Below, in pieces: positions 25,362-38,569 of a stretch of 64,000 bases of DNA. The notes beneath the pieces are model-generated. The model saw only the letters and a list, made by a program, of their open reading frames with translations. It made no database searches and was not told the DNA's origin. Each line of letters starts with the position of its first letter. Positions within the stretch are counted from its first letter, which is position 1. This DNA comes from Chiloscyllium plagiosum (Eukaryota). The translations under genes and the position numbers were made by a program. The stretch lies in the NCBI RefSeq assembly GCF_004010195.1, contig NC_057753.1:4143656-4207655 (forward strand). The letters are read 5' to 3'.

Positions 25362-25861
25362 NNNNNNNNNNNNNNNNNNNNNNNNNNNNNNNNNNNNNNN
25401 NNNNNNNNNNNNNNNNNNNNNNNNNNNNNNNNNNNNNNNNNNNNNNNNNNNNNNNNNNNNNNNNNNNNNNNNNNNNNNNNNNNNNNNNNNNNNNNNNNNN
25501 NNNNNNNNNNNNNNNNNNNNNNNNNNNNNNNNNNNNNNNNNNNNNNNNNNNNNNNNNNNNNNNNNNNNNNNNNNNNNNNNNNNNNNNNNNNNNNNNNNNN
25601 NNNNNNNNNNNNNNNNNNNNNNNNNNNNNNNNNNNNNNNNNNNNNNNNNNNNNNNNNNNNNNNNNNNNNNNNNNNNNNNNNNNNNNNNNNNNNNNNNNNN
25701 NNNNNNNNNNNNNNNNNNNNNNNNNNNNNNNNNNNNNNNNNNNNNNNNNNNNNNNNNNNNNNNNNNNNNNNNNNNNNNNNNNNNNNNNNNNNNNNNNNNN
25801 NNNNNNNNNNNNNNNNNNNNNNNNNNNNNNNNNNNNNNNNNNNNNNNNNNNNNNNNNNNNN
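25362..25861. other. Assembly gap (500 N)
   Basis: Run of exactly 500 N. Confidence 1.
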
Positions 25862-26274
25862 GTCAGAAATACCATGCATGCTCATGTGTAGCACCCGCAT
25901 TGTCATCATCACCCGTCTACTGCCACTATCGGTATAATCAGTGCTTCGTGACCTCTCACTGGACATTCTTTATTTCACTCCCTCAATAGACCCATGGGCT
26001 TGTTCTCGACCTGTTCCTCAAAAGTACCTCCTGCAGATATGCATCCTCAGCTCTCACTGAGTTTTTCTGTGCTTTTGATTTGGCAAGAAAGGATAAAAAA
26101 TAATGGTTGTGAAGGGCAGGGAACCTTCATTCCCCGAGTGGGAATGTCCTTCCTGATGGCCAGTTCAGTGGAAAATGTGAATCTTGCTAGCATTGGAAAT
26201 GACCTGACGTGAAAAACTGCGTTATGTACCATGGTCATCAAATGTGGGTGAACTTTTGCTTAGTTTTCTTTTCA

Positions 26275-26500
26275 TTTTTATTCATTCGTGGGAAATGGGC
26301 ATCGCTGGGTTCATAGTTAGACTTGAGAAGGTGCTGATGAACTCGTATCTTGAACGGCTGCAGTCCACAGGTTGACTCACAATGTCCTCAATGAGGGAAT
26401 TCCAGAATATTGAATCAGTGACAGCGAACGAAGGTTGATCGACTGCCATTGTGCTTCCAGACGGATTTTCCCCTTGTCTTTTCCACTGCCCTGGTAGATG
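26275..26500 (-). mobile_element. 3' tail fragment of the L2/CR1-group LINE
   Basis: Minus strand ggactgcagccgttcaagatacgagttcatcagcaccttctcaag matches the tail at 32215-32400. Confidence 0.65.
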
Positions 26501-27014
26501 CCCATCGGATCCTCCAGACTGACTCATATGAAGCAAGATACATCAGTAAGGATTTCATGCAAAGGGATGAACTCTTTAATGGACTCTCTGAGTTCGTTTG
26601 GTAAAATATACACACTCATATTTTTCATTTTACAGAAACGATTGTAGTTTTTTGAAGGGTAAATAAAGCGGGCATGCACTCACTCTTTTGAAATGAGAAA
26701 TGTTTACGCTGACTTGAAGTGTCAGTGAAGGGTTGATGCTGTCATATGTGTTAAATGCTGTTGTCATTGTTGCAGTTTGACAGCAGTTTTCCCATTGCCA
26801 TGCTGAACTTAATCTCACTGTTCCTTCTAGTGAATCTGTCTTATCCAGAAAGGAAGCAGTTACAGACAGAAATGCACAGAAACATTAATGTCTGTTGACC
26901 GATGTTTTTGGTCTCTGATCCAAAAAAGTGGTGAGTATGGAGAGGAGCGGAGGGAGTCATGAATTTGGTGGGTGGAACGGAGAGTTTTTCTGAACATTTT
27001 GGGTGAGCTGTAAA

Positions 27015-28610
27015 ACACAGGAACATAATGTCTCATGTATAAAAATTTGCTGCTCTGTTCTGTCACATGAAGACTTAGGACAGAAATCAATACCCTCTGT
27101 AAACGTTATTTTCGAATCAAGTGATTGCCAAATATGTTGAGGGGCGATGAGTAGCAGAGAACAGGCACAGACATTTCAGAAGTGGTGAGATTGATTGTAC
27201 CATCAAATTGAAACTAAATGAATTGTTTTCTGTTCCGAATTTTTATCCTTACCTAACAGTGATGAATGATATACACTTCTTATTTAGGATATTAGATAGC
27301 GCTTTAGCCTATTACCTGTGCGCTATCTTCTGTGGCAGGTTCCACTGCTCTGGACTGGCATTGTTCCATCACTGTGGATCTGAATCCATGACCCTATATC
27401 ATTCTGCTTCACTGCTGCCTTCCCTGATTACCTCGCTACCATAAAATGACTTCCTCTTTCGCAAGTAACCATTTCTTTAAAACAAAAAGTCAATTTATTA
27501 TTTCAACATTTTAGTGCTTTAGCATTTCTGACAGTTGTGCTCAAATGAGGTTTCCACTCCTGGTCATCCTCTGACTATGTGTTTCTTTCTTACTAGCTTC
27601 ATCTTCCAACAGGATCGTTCATAGGCAGGAAACGTTTCACTTGTAGTATTTTCAATTTCTGTCACATATCTAAGCTTATGATGTATTTCAAATTCTATAT
27701 GATTTCATTCTGGAGCATATCGATAAATGTATGTACATATAAAAATCTCTGTATGGATACCCGCTTCCTTTTGACCAGTACAAACTCGATGCTTCAAAAT
27801 AACCTTCTGTCCTGTGCTGAAGACCTGCATGAATCAATGGCCATGTGTGTCCTCCAGTGTACCTCTAACATTTTTTTTTCTTTACAATACAATATGCCCA
27901 GCATGGTTCTCTGTAGAAGCACAGCTGTTCACCCTACTCTCCTGCCCTTTTACTAACAAGATAACCATATATAGTTCAATATCCCTTCCCATTGGATGGG
28001 GAATGGTTGAACTTATTGAGCTATTGCATTCTCTATTGTGACTATATGGTATCACTTATGCCTTATGATGCACAAGGAAACCATTCATCCCATACTGCTT
28101 GCAGCAGCTCTCCAGTTACTTTCATGACTCTGTGCCATCTACCTGTATTTTGTCCGTAATTCTGCCCATTATCTATCTTCAGTTAATTCCAATGATTTCT
28201 AGAATGACTCACTTGAATCTGCTTTCATTGCACTTCCAGGCAGTCTCCTCCACACTGGAGTACTTCCGGTACCACAAACTCAGTAGTATCAAAATGCGGT
28301 TGACCAGAGCAATGCTGGCGAAATCGATGAAAAAGTTTCTGGCCCAGGGTTTCTTGGCCTTTTGGACTACTTTTAGAGTGGTGTGTTCTGTGGGAGGCAG
28401 ATGCGTTTCACCTACAGTGGGATGGGCCAATTATCTTTCCATGTTCATCTCTTCTTGCTGGTATTGTTGGTGTACGTGTAGAGAGAGAAATAAAATTTGG
28501 AAAGAAGTGGGATCCAGATTGTTCAGTCAGGGAAGAAGAATGGTCAGCTTAAGAAATAACAATAAATTAGTCAGAAATACATTGATATCACACGTCAGTT
28601 ATGGCATGGC
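27015..28610 (+). repeat. Paralogous block matching 43230-43725 + 46268-47490; continues at 36820-36915 vs 47520-47920
   Basis: Shared anchors aggaacataatgtct, cactgtggatctgaatccatg, agacctgcatg, tgatgcacaaggaa and tctcttcttgctggtattgttgg. The second copy is split by LINE and SINE insertions. Confidence 0.85.
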
Positions 28611-29289
28611 AAGGTTAAATACTATTAGTTATTCTTCTCTTTGGAATTTAATGACGAAGGCACATTAGCTGATGTCATGAACTGAAACTTGAGGGCATCA
28701 TGCCATTTTTGTCAGTGAAACATGTTTGAGCAAGGGACAGGCTTGGTAGCTCAAAGTTCTACTTTACAGGGTCTACTGATGCGACAGAGATGGAGGCAAA
28801 TCAGGAGGGTGCCGTCACAATTTTTATCAGGGAATCTCTGACAGCAACAAAGAAAATGACATCATCACATTCATCCTCACTGAAGTTGTTGCACAGGTTT
28901 ATGAAGGATCGAAGTAGAACACTGGAAACCATAAGGACAATAAGTAATCATAACAATGACTATTCATAGCTTAGACAATGCTGGTCGGATTCAAAGTGAA
29001 TTATTTGCGTTGATGTTCAGTAGCACGATGGACATGATGGACAGAAAGTCAGGATAAAAGTCTGTGTAAGAATTATAGAATTTGGGATTGGCACAGCGAA
29101 GATACCGAGTAGACTGGCAGGCTTAAAACAGGTAATTGCCCAGTACTAAAAAAAAATGCATATCTGATGTTTGACTGAATCAAGGGAAGAAAGAGAAAGG
29201 CATTGCGATAAACAAAGTTACTTCCATTGAGGCCACATTAGAGGTACTGCAGGACTGGAGGCCAGCCATAAGTCTATATATCAATGAGA

Positions 29290-29830
29290 TCCATGAGCAG
29301 AATTAGGCATCCGGTTTAAAAATTCTGCAGCACCAGTCGATAATGGCTGATATGTTTCTCAGCACCTTTTCCTGCCTTCTCCCTGCAATCCTTGATCCTG
29401 TTTATAAATCAGACCTTATCTGTCTCTTTCTGATAAAGACTCAATAACCTGACCTCAACAGCTTTCTGAGGCAAAGAATTCCACTCATTTGCCAACATCT
29501 TCCAGAAAAAAAAATCCTTCTTCTCAGTTTTGAAGGGCCATCCCGTCTCTCTGCGGTTGTGTCCTCTCGTCCTAGTCTCTGCTACTCACGAAAACGACTT
29601 CTCCATATTGACTCGAAACAATTCTCTCCGTATTCTGTTTCAAAGAATCTTCCCGTCATTCTTCTACATTCCTTAGAATACAGCCCAAGAGTCGGCAATC
29701 GCTACTCATACAACAAGCTCTTCATCACTGGGATCATCCTTGTAAATAAACCTCTCAGAAATCCCTCTATGCCAGTACACCCTCCGTGTATACGGTGCCC
29801 AAAACTGTTCACAAATGCTGTTAAATACAA
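29290..29830 (-). mobile_element. Degenerate CR1-type LINE 3' end
   Basis: Minus-strand remnants of the CR1 3' region (gctgttgaggtc...ggattgcagggagaaggcagga...catatcagccat). Confidence 0.6.
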
Positions 29831-32214
29831 TTAGGTCCGTTAACAATACCTGGTCAGTGCGAGAGAGTTGGAGTGCAGGGTCGCTTTCCATGTTGTTAAT
29901 TCTATGTCATGGCATCCAAACCTGTGGGCCGCGTATTGGTAAATGGAATTTACATAGTAAGGTCGTTTGCGCCAGCGTGGGATTGATGGATTTTAGGGCT
30001 ATATTCTGTGCTCTGGGTCTCTGTGACTTTATGACTCTAATGTTAAAGGAGATCAGCTTTGAATAAAAAAGAAAATAACAACCTTTTTATTGAATGCTTT
30101 TTGTTCCAATGTGCAGCATTAATGTCTTATGTGTTGAACTGCATATGATGAAAGACATTTCGCCAGACACGTATTTCCATCATTTTCCTCGACTCGCAAG
30201 GTTTTTGTTTCCTTTCTTTCTCTGCACCTCTCTTATATAAAAAAGAGAAGTCATACGAAGTGATTGCAGGCTGTCTTTCATTTTCTCCATTTCACTTGCG
30301 GTATAGTTTTTGCCTCTTATCCTAGAACACGTCATAGTTTGAGTCGATTAGTCCACGTGTTCATGTGCAAGTATACATGTATTGGTTTATGTTGTTGACA
30401 GGCTGAACTACTGTTGCGTCTGATATGCTTAAATTTGAACTTATCAGGAATATCGATGCCTTCAGCTATTTGAAGTAGCCAGAAGAATATTAAGTAACCC
30501 TGCCCGAAACTGCCTTTAATTAACAGTGAACAGGGAACGCAAATGGTGAAAATCATCTTCAAGGTGACCACTGCAGTTTATGATAATTTTTCTGCCTGAT
30601 TTATAACCAAGTCACTTCCAAGACACTACAGAAACAGAGCGTCCAACTTTGACTTGCTATGTTGAATGCAGCTTCATAACCAATGCAAAACATTGGGTCA
30701 AAACAAAACTGGGCTGAAAATTTGAGCCATGACTGCTGGAAATTTTAATGAAAATGTTGTAGTCGAATCAGCAATTGAAAACGTGAATGACATTTCAGAA
30801 ATTTGGGAATGAACAAATTATAGTTATGGAATTAGTTCACACTTACTTGTTTTTCATCACTATTGCAATTCACTCCACATTTGATACGTAATGCATGGCT
30901 TGGTGAAGACTGTGCAAGGAAAGAATACAGTGCCTTACAGCAAACATTTAATAGGGATATCATACGTTGTTCATACGTTGGAATGCCAATACCTTCATCA
31001 ATTTCAGTTTTTAACGAGATACCAACAACACGACAAACCGCAATACATGCAGAAAGAGAAAAAAGAAACCATTGTTCTGTCTACAATATTAATCTGGACT
31101 GAGACTCGGCCTTTTATCATTGTGTTTGAAATAAGAGATTTCTATTATTATAAATAAACGAAAGATCCATTGCACACTTAGACATCCACTTCGATAACTT
31201 TGAAGTCACAACATGCAGAGACGCAAAACTGCAAGTAATTAAATCTTCTCGTAAAAACTATTTGCCTTCTACTTCTCAGCATTTTGTCCAGTCAAATATT
31301 TTGGTAGAGCTGGAGTGTATATTTGAAACGCGGTGTGGACAAATATCTGATAGATCTTCCATATTTAATTTCATGTATCATTCTGACTCCAGCATTGCAA
31401 ACTTTCCCAGCTGAAAGACATCCCTTCAACGCTCCTAGAACGTAATAAATTTTCACAGACATGCAGTCGAAACGACCGTTTTTCTTAAAATTTCGTTTAA
31501 CAGACGCGACTTCCAGTTTGTTTTTTTTACTTAGAAGTCCAGTGTTTCTTCCAAGTACGGTCTTTAAAGTAGAAAATGCAGACCAAGCTTTCACAACAGA
31601 GAAAAAATCGCAATTTATCAGAGCCAATCTTTCCGAAATGGGTTTTGGAAGCTCCTCATTACAAGTATCTGCAACTCTTTGTCTCTGCAGGTAGGTCTCA
31701 ATCTCTTCCGAATTCTGATTTCTTTTCACTCTGTATGTGTACCTATTACTCTTTCCTGCACAAAACATTAATCCAGGTTCCGTATGCACATACCCTATGT
31801 ACACTGTGAAATTTCTTGTAGTTTATTTTCCCCTCTGTTTTCATCTTTATTTGCACACAGGAATAAACTCTCTAAATGTTACCAAAACTTAATATTGTTG
31901 ATACAATCCCAAAATGATTGTTTGGGAATGTTTTCAATAAGAAGAAAATTCCCTTCCACTCATTGCAGTAAACGACGACAAAACTTCTCTGCAAATGAAT
32001 TGCATTTTCTGTTGTCAAGTATTAACCTACCATTTAAATGTGGCATATTGCTACATTTAATGACTGATGTGGGGGCCGATACTTTACAAAAACCGAAAAA
32101 TCATTATGTCGACACTGATCTAAACGGCTTAACTAAATGCCAATATCGGGAAATTCTGAATGCAGTCACAATGATACACATTGTACTCAGTTTGAATGCA
32201 GTGACAGATTTTTA

Positions 32215-35200
32215 AGAATTCATTTGTGAGACTTGGGCTTATTTGACTGGCCAGCATTGATAGTCCATTTCTATTTGCCCATAAGAAGGTCGTGGTGAGC
32301 TGCCTTCTTGGATCGCTGCAGTCCACTTGCTCTTTGTTGACCCACAATGCTGGGGGAGAGAATTCCAGGATTTTGACCCAACGACTGTGAAGGAAAAGCA
32401 GTATATATCCAAGTGCTTTTGGTGAGCGGTTTGAAGTGTACTTTGCAGGTGACGGTGTTCCCAAGTATCTGCTGCTCTTGTCCTTCTGGATGGATGTGGT
32501 TTTAGTTTTGGAAGGTGATACCTAATGATCGTTGGTGAATTTCTTTATTGCATCTCGTACATAGTAGAAACGTCTGCTACTGAGCACCGGCGGTGGACGG
32601 ATTAAATGTTTGTAGATGTGGTGCCAATCAGTGGGTTGCTTTGTCCGGCATGACGTCAAGCTTCTTGAGTGCTGTTGGAGCTCCACCGTCCGGGCAAGAG
32701 GAGAGTATTCTTTCACACTCTTGACTTGTGGAAGACATAATTTGGGGTGTCAGGAGGTGAGTTACTTGCCGCAGTATCCCTCGTCTCTGACCTGGTCTTT
32801 GAGCCACTGCGTTTACGTGGTGAGTCCAGTTCAGTATCTGGTCAATGGTAACCATAAGGATGCTGACAGTGCAGGATTCAGTGATGTTCGTACTGTTGAA
32901 TGTCAAGGATGGTCGTGAGTGTGCCTCTTATTGGTGATGGTCATTGTAAGGCTTTTGGTTGGCGTGCGAATGTTCTTTGCCACTTATCGTCCCAAGCCTG
33001 AATATTGTCCAGATCTTGTTGCATTTAAGCGCGGACTGTTTCAGTGGCTGAGGAGAAAGAAATTGTGGTGAACACTATGCAATCATCGGCGAACAACCTT
33101 ACTTCTGAGCTTATGACAGCTAAAAGGTCATTAATGAAGCAGCTTAAGATTGTTGGTCCGAGGACACTACCTGGAGGTACTCTTACAGCAATGTCCTGAG
33201 GCTGAGATGACTGACCTTAAACAATGACAGCCATCTTCCTTTGTGCCAGGCATGACGATAACATGCGGTCTCCACGTCCCCCACCCCACCCACCCCGATT
33301 GATTCCATTGATTCCAGTTTTGCAAAAGCACCTTGATGCCATACTAAGTCAAACGCGGCCATGATGTGAAATGCTGTCACTCACCTCACCTCTGCAGTTC
33401 ATCTCTTTTTTCCATGTTTGAACCAAGGCTATAAAGAGATCAGGAGCTGAGTGACCCTGGAGAAAATCAAACTGGGCGTCTCTGGGCCGGTGTTGCTTGA
33501 TAGCACTGTTGATGATCCATTCCATTCCTTACTGATGACAGAAAGTAGACTGATTGGGCGGTATTTGGACGGATTGGATTTGTCCTGCTTTTTGTGTACA
33601 GGACGTAACTGGACAATTTTGCATATTGTCGGATAGAAGCCAGTGATGTACCTATACTGGAAGAGGTTAACAAAGGCAGTGGCAAATTCTAGAATGCATG
33701 TTTTCAGTAGTTTTGCTGGAATATTATCTGAGCGCATAGCTTTTGCAGTATCCACTGCCTCCAGCCGTTTGTTGTTAGCACGTGGAGTGAATCGAATTGG
33801 CTGGGTACTGATACTGTGATGTTGTGGACCATTGGCGGAGCCCGAGACGGAACGTCCAGTCGGCACTTCTAACTGAAGACTGTTGTGAATGCATCAGCCT
33901 TATCCTTTGCACTGATGTGCTGGGCTCCTCCATCATTGAGGAAAATGATATTTGAGGAGCCTCCTCCTCCAGTGAGTTGTTGAATTGTCGACCAACTTTC
34001 ACGACTGGATGTGGAAGGACGGCAGAGCTTATTTCGCTTCCATTGGCTGTGGGATCACTTCTCTCTGTCTGTCAATTGCTGTTTATACCGTTTGGCACGC
34101 AAGTAGTCCTGTGTGGTCGCTTCACCACGTTAACACTTCAGTTTTAGGATGCCTGATGCTGCACCTGGCATACCCTGCTGCACTCTCCATTGAACCAGGG
34201 TTGTTCCAGTGGCTTGATTGTCATGGCTGATTGAGGGAATATGCCAGACCATGTGTTTGCAGACTGTCTTGGAGTACAGTTCTGTTGTTGGTGATGGCCC
34301 AGAGTGCCTCATGCATGCCCAGTCTTGAGCTGCCAGATCGATTCGAAGTCTGTCCCATTCAGAACAATGATAGTGCCACACAAAACGATGGATTTTGTTC
34401 CCAATGTGAAGGCGGGCTTGGTCTCCACATGGTGACCAGTTTTACCTGTACTGTCATAGACGGATACTTCTGCAACAGGCAGATTTGTAAGAATGAGGTC
34501 AAATTTGCTTTTTCCTCTTATTACTTCTTTCACCAACTGCCGCAGAACCAGTCTAGCATCTATATCCCGACCTGGCCAGCTCGGTCAGTAATGCTGCTGC
34601 CGAGCCATTCTTGGTGGTGAACACTGAAACCTACTACTCAGAGTACATTTTGCACCTTTGCCACCCTCAGTACTTCCTCAAAATGTTGTTCAACATGGAC
34701 GAGTATTAATTCATCAGCTGAGGGAGCACGGTACGTGTAAACAGTAAGAGCTCTCCTTGCCCATGTTTAAACTGAAGCCATGAGGAGTTCGGAGTCGATG
34801 TCAAAGACTTCCAGGCAACTCCCTCTCGTCTGTACCCCACTGTGCCGCTATCTCTGCTGTGTCTGCCCTGCCATTGGGACAGGACATACGCAGAAATGGT
34901 CATGGTTTTGTCTGGAATGTTACTGTAAATTATGATTCCATAAGAATGACTAGGTCAGGTTGTTGCTTAAACTTGTCTGTGAGACAGCTCTCCCATTTTC
35001 GGCACTCGCCCCTTGATATTGGTGAGGAGGACATAGCATGGTCGACAGGGCAGTTTGTGTTTTTGCCATTATCTTCTTCGATTCCAAGGTAACTACTGGT
35101 TTCGGTTTCTTTCGCGCGTGTTTCTAGTGAATGACATGACTGAATGGCTTGCTAGGTCATTTCAGAGGGCAGTTGAGAGTCAACCACATGGGTGTGGCTC

Positions 35201-35445
35201 TGGAGTCACAGGTAGGCCAGAACAGGCAAAGATGGCAGATTTCATTCCCTTGTGGACATTAGTGAACGAAATGGGTTTTTCCGACAATTGATAATGGTTT
35301 CATGGTGATCAGTCGACCAGATTTATTTCATTGAATTCAAATTCCATCAACTGCCATAGCGCGATTCGAACCCAGATCCCCAGAACACGATTTTGTATTT
35401 CTGGATTAATAGTCCAGTGATAATAGGAAAAGGCCGTCACCTCCA
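32215..35445 (-). mobile_element. Near full-length degenerate L2/CR1-group LINE with tRNA-derived 5' head and a single EN-RT ORF
   Basis: Head with box B GGTTCGAATC (35363-35372). Endonuclease start LLTNIKGRVPKMGELSH...QPDLVILMES at ~35030, then RGKSKFDLILTNLP, KYRPISLLSVISK, PGSVLGPTILSCFINDL and LFADD (~33090). Tail ggactgcagcgatccaagaaggcagctcaccac. Confidence 0.88.
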
Positions 35446-35634
35446 CTGAATTCATTTGCTTTTAGTCCTTTTTTTGTTTGGAGCTTGTATAAATACTGCT
35501 GTAAATATATGCTTATATCAATTTCGTTTTCATGGGAACACCAAGGATATTCAGAAAGGTGTTTGATAAGGAAGTCACTTGGGGTCCAGGGTGTAACAGC
35601 TTGATGGACAGAGAAGTAGCTTGACAGAACGTAT

Positions 35635-35897
35635 GGCACGGTGGCTCACTGGTTAACACCACTGTCTGACCGTGCCAGGGAACCAGGTTTGATTCCGGCC
35701 TCGGGTGACTGTCTGTGAGGAGTTTTCACATTCTCCACATGTCTGTGTTAGTTTCCTCTGGGTGCTCTCGTTTCCTCCCACAATCAAAAAGATATGCAGG
35801 TTAGATGAATTGACCAGGCTAAGTTGCCCATAGTGATCAGCAATATTTAGGTTAGATGTATTAGTCAGGGGTAAATATCGGATAATAGCGAAGGGTA
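35635..35897 (+). mobile_element. HE1-type V-SINE (3'-truncated)
   Basis: ggcacggtggctcactggttaacacc head plus V core. Confidence 0.88.
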
Positions 35898-36775
35898 TTG
35901 TGTACAATAATTGGCAAAACGTGTTACAGATTTATAGGGCTTTGTTTCGGTCACATTTGGAATACTGCGTACATTTCAGGTCACACCATTACTAAACGAA
36001 TGGGGATGAAATTGAGAAGGTACAGAGAAGGTTCAACAGTTTGTTGCTTGTTATGCAGGGCGTTATCTATGATGAGACTTAATGTAGATTCGGATTATTT
36101 TCATTCAAAAGATGGGCGTTGAGGGGAGGATCAGATTGAGGTCCACAAAATCATGAGAGATATAGACAGGGTTTTTAGCAAGAAACTTGTTGCCAGATTA
36201 CGGGATTAAATTTCTAGCAGTCATGAATTCAAGGTGAGTGGAGAAAGGTTTCAGGGAGATATGCGTGGAAAGTTCTTTACGCAGATATTGTAAGAATTTC
36301 TTAGAATCTCTATAGTGTAGAAACAGATCCTTTTGCTCATCAAGTCTATCCCGACCATCCAAAGAATATCCAACCCAAACTAATTACGTATCATTCCACA
36401 TTTATCCCTGACTGATGCACCTAACCTGCACATCCCTGAATCCTCTGTTTAGTTTAGCATGGCCAGTTCAACTGACCTGCACGTTGTTGGATTTTGAGAG
36501 GAAACCAGAGCAACCAGAGGAAACCCACGAGCATCTGGAGGAAACCCGCGGGTGTTGGTTCGTGGCTGAAACACAACGACAGCGAAAGTGTTATAGGTGG
36601 ACATGATATCGTCATTGCAGATGTATCTAGACAGATACATGAATGGGCAGGGAGCAGAGGGAAACAGATCCTTGGAAAACCAACGGCAGGTTTACACAGA
36701 GGACATTGATCAGTGCAGGCTGAGAGGCTGAAGGGCCTGTTCCTGTGCTGTAATTTTCTTTGTTCTTTGTTCTTT
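35898..36775 (+). mobile_element. CR1/HER1 3' fragment interrupted by an antisense HE1 SINE (~36300-36550)
   Basis: cacatttggaatactgcgtac...ttctttacgcag, then minus-strand SINE core (gaggaaaccagagcaaccagaggaaacccacg), then the LINE tail resumes to gctgaagggcctgttcctgtgctgt. Confidence 0.82.
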
Positions 36776-38183
36776 TTTTCATATATTGATTGTTTGTAGA
36801 ATTCTACCATTGACTTATAAATGGATATTCTGAATTTCTCCGTTGTTGGGCAAAGTCTGTGATGAGCAAATGTGTGCATAAAATGATATTCAAGATATTT
36901 TAATCCAGTTAATTAAGTCATTGATTAAGTCATTAACCCTGTTGTTCCTACATCTTTCCAAAATCTTTTTACATATTTTTGACGAGATCTGAAGTTCGCT
37001 GTGGGAGGCCTGTTGTACTGCCCGAACACTGTTTGTGCACCTTTCCTATTTCTCATCTCTGCACATGGTGCAATATATAAATATTCATACAATAATAGTA
37101 GTAGCTTCAATATTTGGTATATTAGACATCGGTGAATTTTTATATATTAATGTACAGTCATATCTCGGCACAGCGACCATGTTGATGAATAGTATCCTTC
37201 AAAAACAATTCATCCTACAATAATCATGACTTTTGTGCAGTTGCTTCTATATTTTCAATAAACTTATACATGCATGTTGAAATTATAAATGCAATCAATA
37301 AATTGCCATCAGAGGATTTAACTACATTTCTATGAACGATGAATCTTAAATAGTATGGATAATCCTCATTCTAAAGTCATGAAAACCCGACAACGGGATG
37401 TGGGGAGGGGGAATTGCATAATGGCTTCAAATGTCGGTATTGGAATATAATTGTCTGAGATGCCCTGTGAAAGCCCAAGAATTGGTAAGAAGGATGTCTG
37501 GCAAAAATCATAAGTTCATGGTGGTCTGTAGTGTATTCCGTCATTTACCGTGCAGTAACAGGATTTGCCATATTTGTATCAAAAAAGAGGTGGAAAGCAC
37601 TGATGTCAGTATTGTAATTATTGGAAGGCAGAATGTATAAGTACACTGCACCTGATTGCGAGACTCAACATGTCTCGGAGTTTGCTTCCAGAGACCTCTC
37701 CCATGCTGCATTGGTAAGGAGACGTGAATAAAGATCGATTTCTACTGCTCAACATAGGAGTAAAGGCATCACTTAAAAATCCCTCTCAGCAGCGCTGTGG
37801 CATTCATTGTGTACAGTGCAGGCTTCATTCCCTTCTTGTATGCCAGTAGCCACCAAGATGCTTTCAGCACTGTGAATTTTCCTGTGCACAGGTAAACTCA
37901 AGCTGATCACCAGTGGAATGCTTGCTCCGAGAATATGCAATTTCTGTTGAAATCTGATGTCTTATTTATTGTCAATAGCAAAAGCTTTTGAGACCCAATA
38001 AATATTAATAATCTCTCTGACTTCACATTTGATTAACATCAGGGAAAAAAAGATTTTAAAATATTGCGAAGATTATATGTTATCAAACTGCAAACTGGTA
38101 TGCTAATGTGATAGAAAATGAAGTATAACGATTCGAAACATCACATATCTTGTGGCCCATGTGGCCGTTGCAGTAGTAGGAAG

Positions 38184-38540
38184 GGTAGCACAAAGACTCA
38201 GTGATCAGCACTGCTGTCTCTACCACCAGTGACTTGGTTTCGATCCCAGCCTGGGGTGACTGCCACTGTGGAGTTTGCACATTGACCCTGTACCTGCATG
38301 GCTTTGTTTTGGGCGGGGGTGTGGCATGGGATTTTCCCACAGTCCTACGATGTGCTGGTTAGGTGAATTAACCATTCTAAATTTCAATAGTCATCAGGGA
38401 TTGTAGGCTAGGTGCATTAGTCAGTGGAAATGTAGGCTTAGAGGGTAGTGGGATGATCCTGTATGGGGCACTATTCAGAGTATTGTTGTGGACTTCTTGG
38501 GCCAAACGCCCAGCCTTTTTCCACACTGTAGGGATTCCAT
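38184..38540 (+). mobile_element. HE1-type V-SINE (diverged)
   Basis: Head cagtgatcagcactgctg...ggtttcgatccc, core tgtggagtttgcacatt, tail ccacactgtagggattc. Confidence 0.82.
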
Positions 38541-38569
38541 TCAAAGAAAGTTGAGCACAATGATGAGGA

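Noticed and set aside
25263..25966. Long ORFs of 181-224 aa
   Set aside because: Artefacts of translating the N gap.
28099..28668. 189-aa ORF
   Set aside because: No recognisable domain, and the paralogous block at 46980-47480 does not preserve the frame.
31420..31465. KIYYVLGALKG on the minus strand, resembling receptor exon 1
   Set aside because: The similarity is too short, with no suitable donor or matching downstream minus-strand exon 2.
35340..35445. tRNA gene calls for box A/B-containing heads (also in the HE1 SINEs)
   Set aside because: These are degenerate tRNA-derived retroposon heads without an intact cloverleaf.
37066..37135. Possible orphan exon 1 (MVQYINIHTIIVVASIFGILDI + G|gtgaat), similar in length and phase to the receptor exon 1
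   Set aside because: It lacks the IYYP...GVP motif, and no + strand exon 2 follows.
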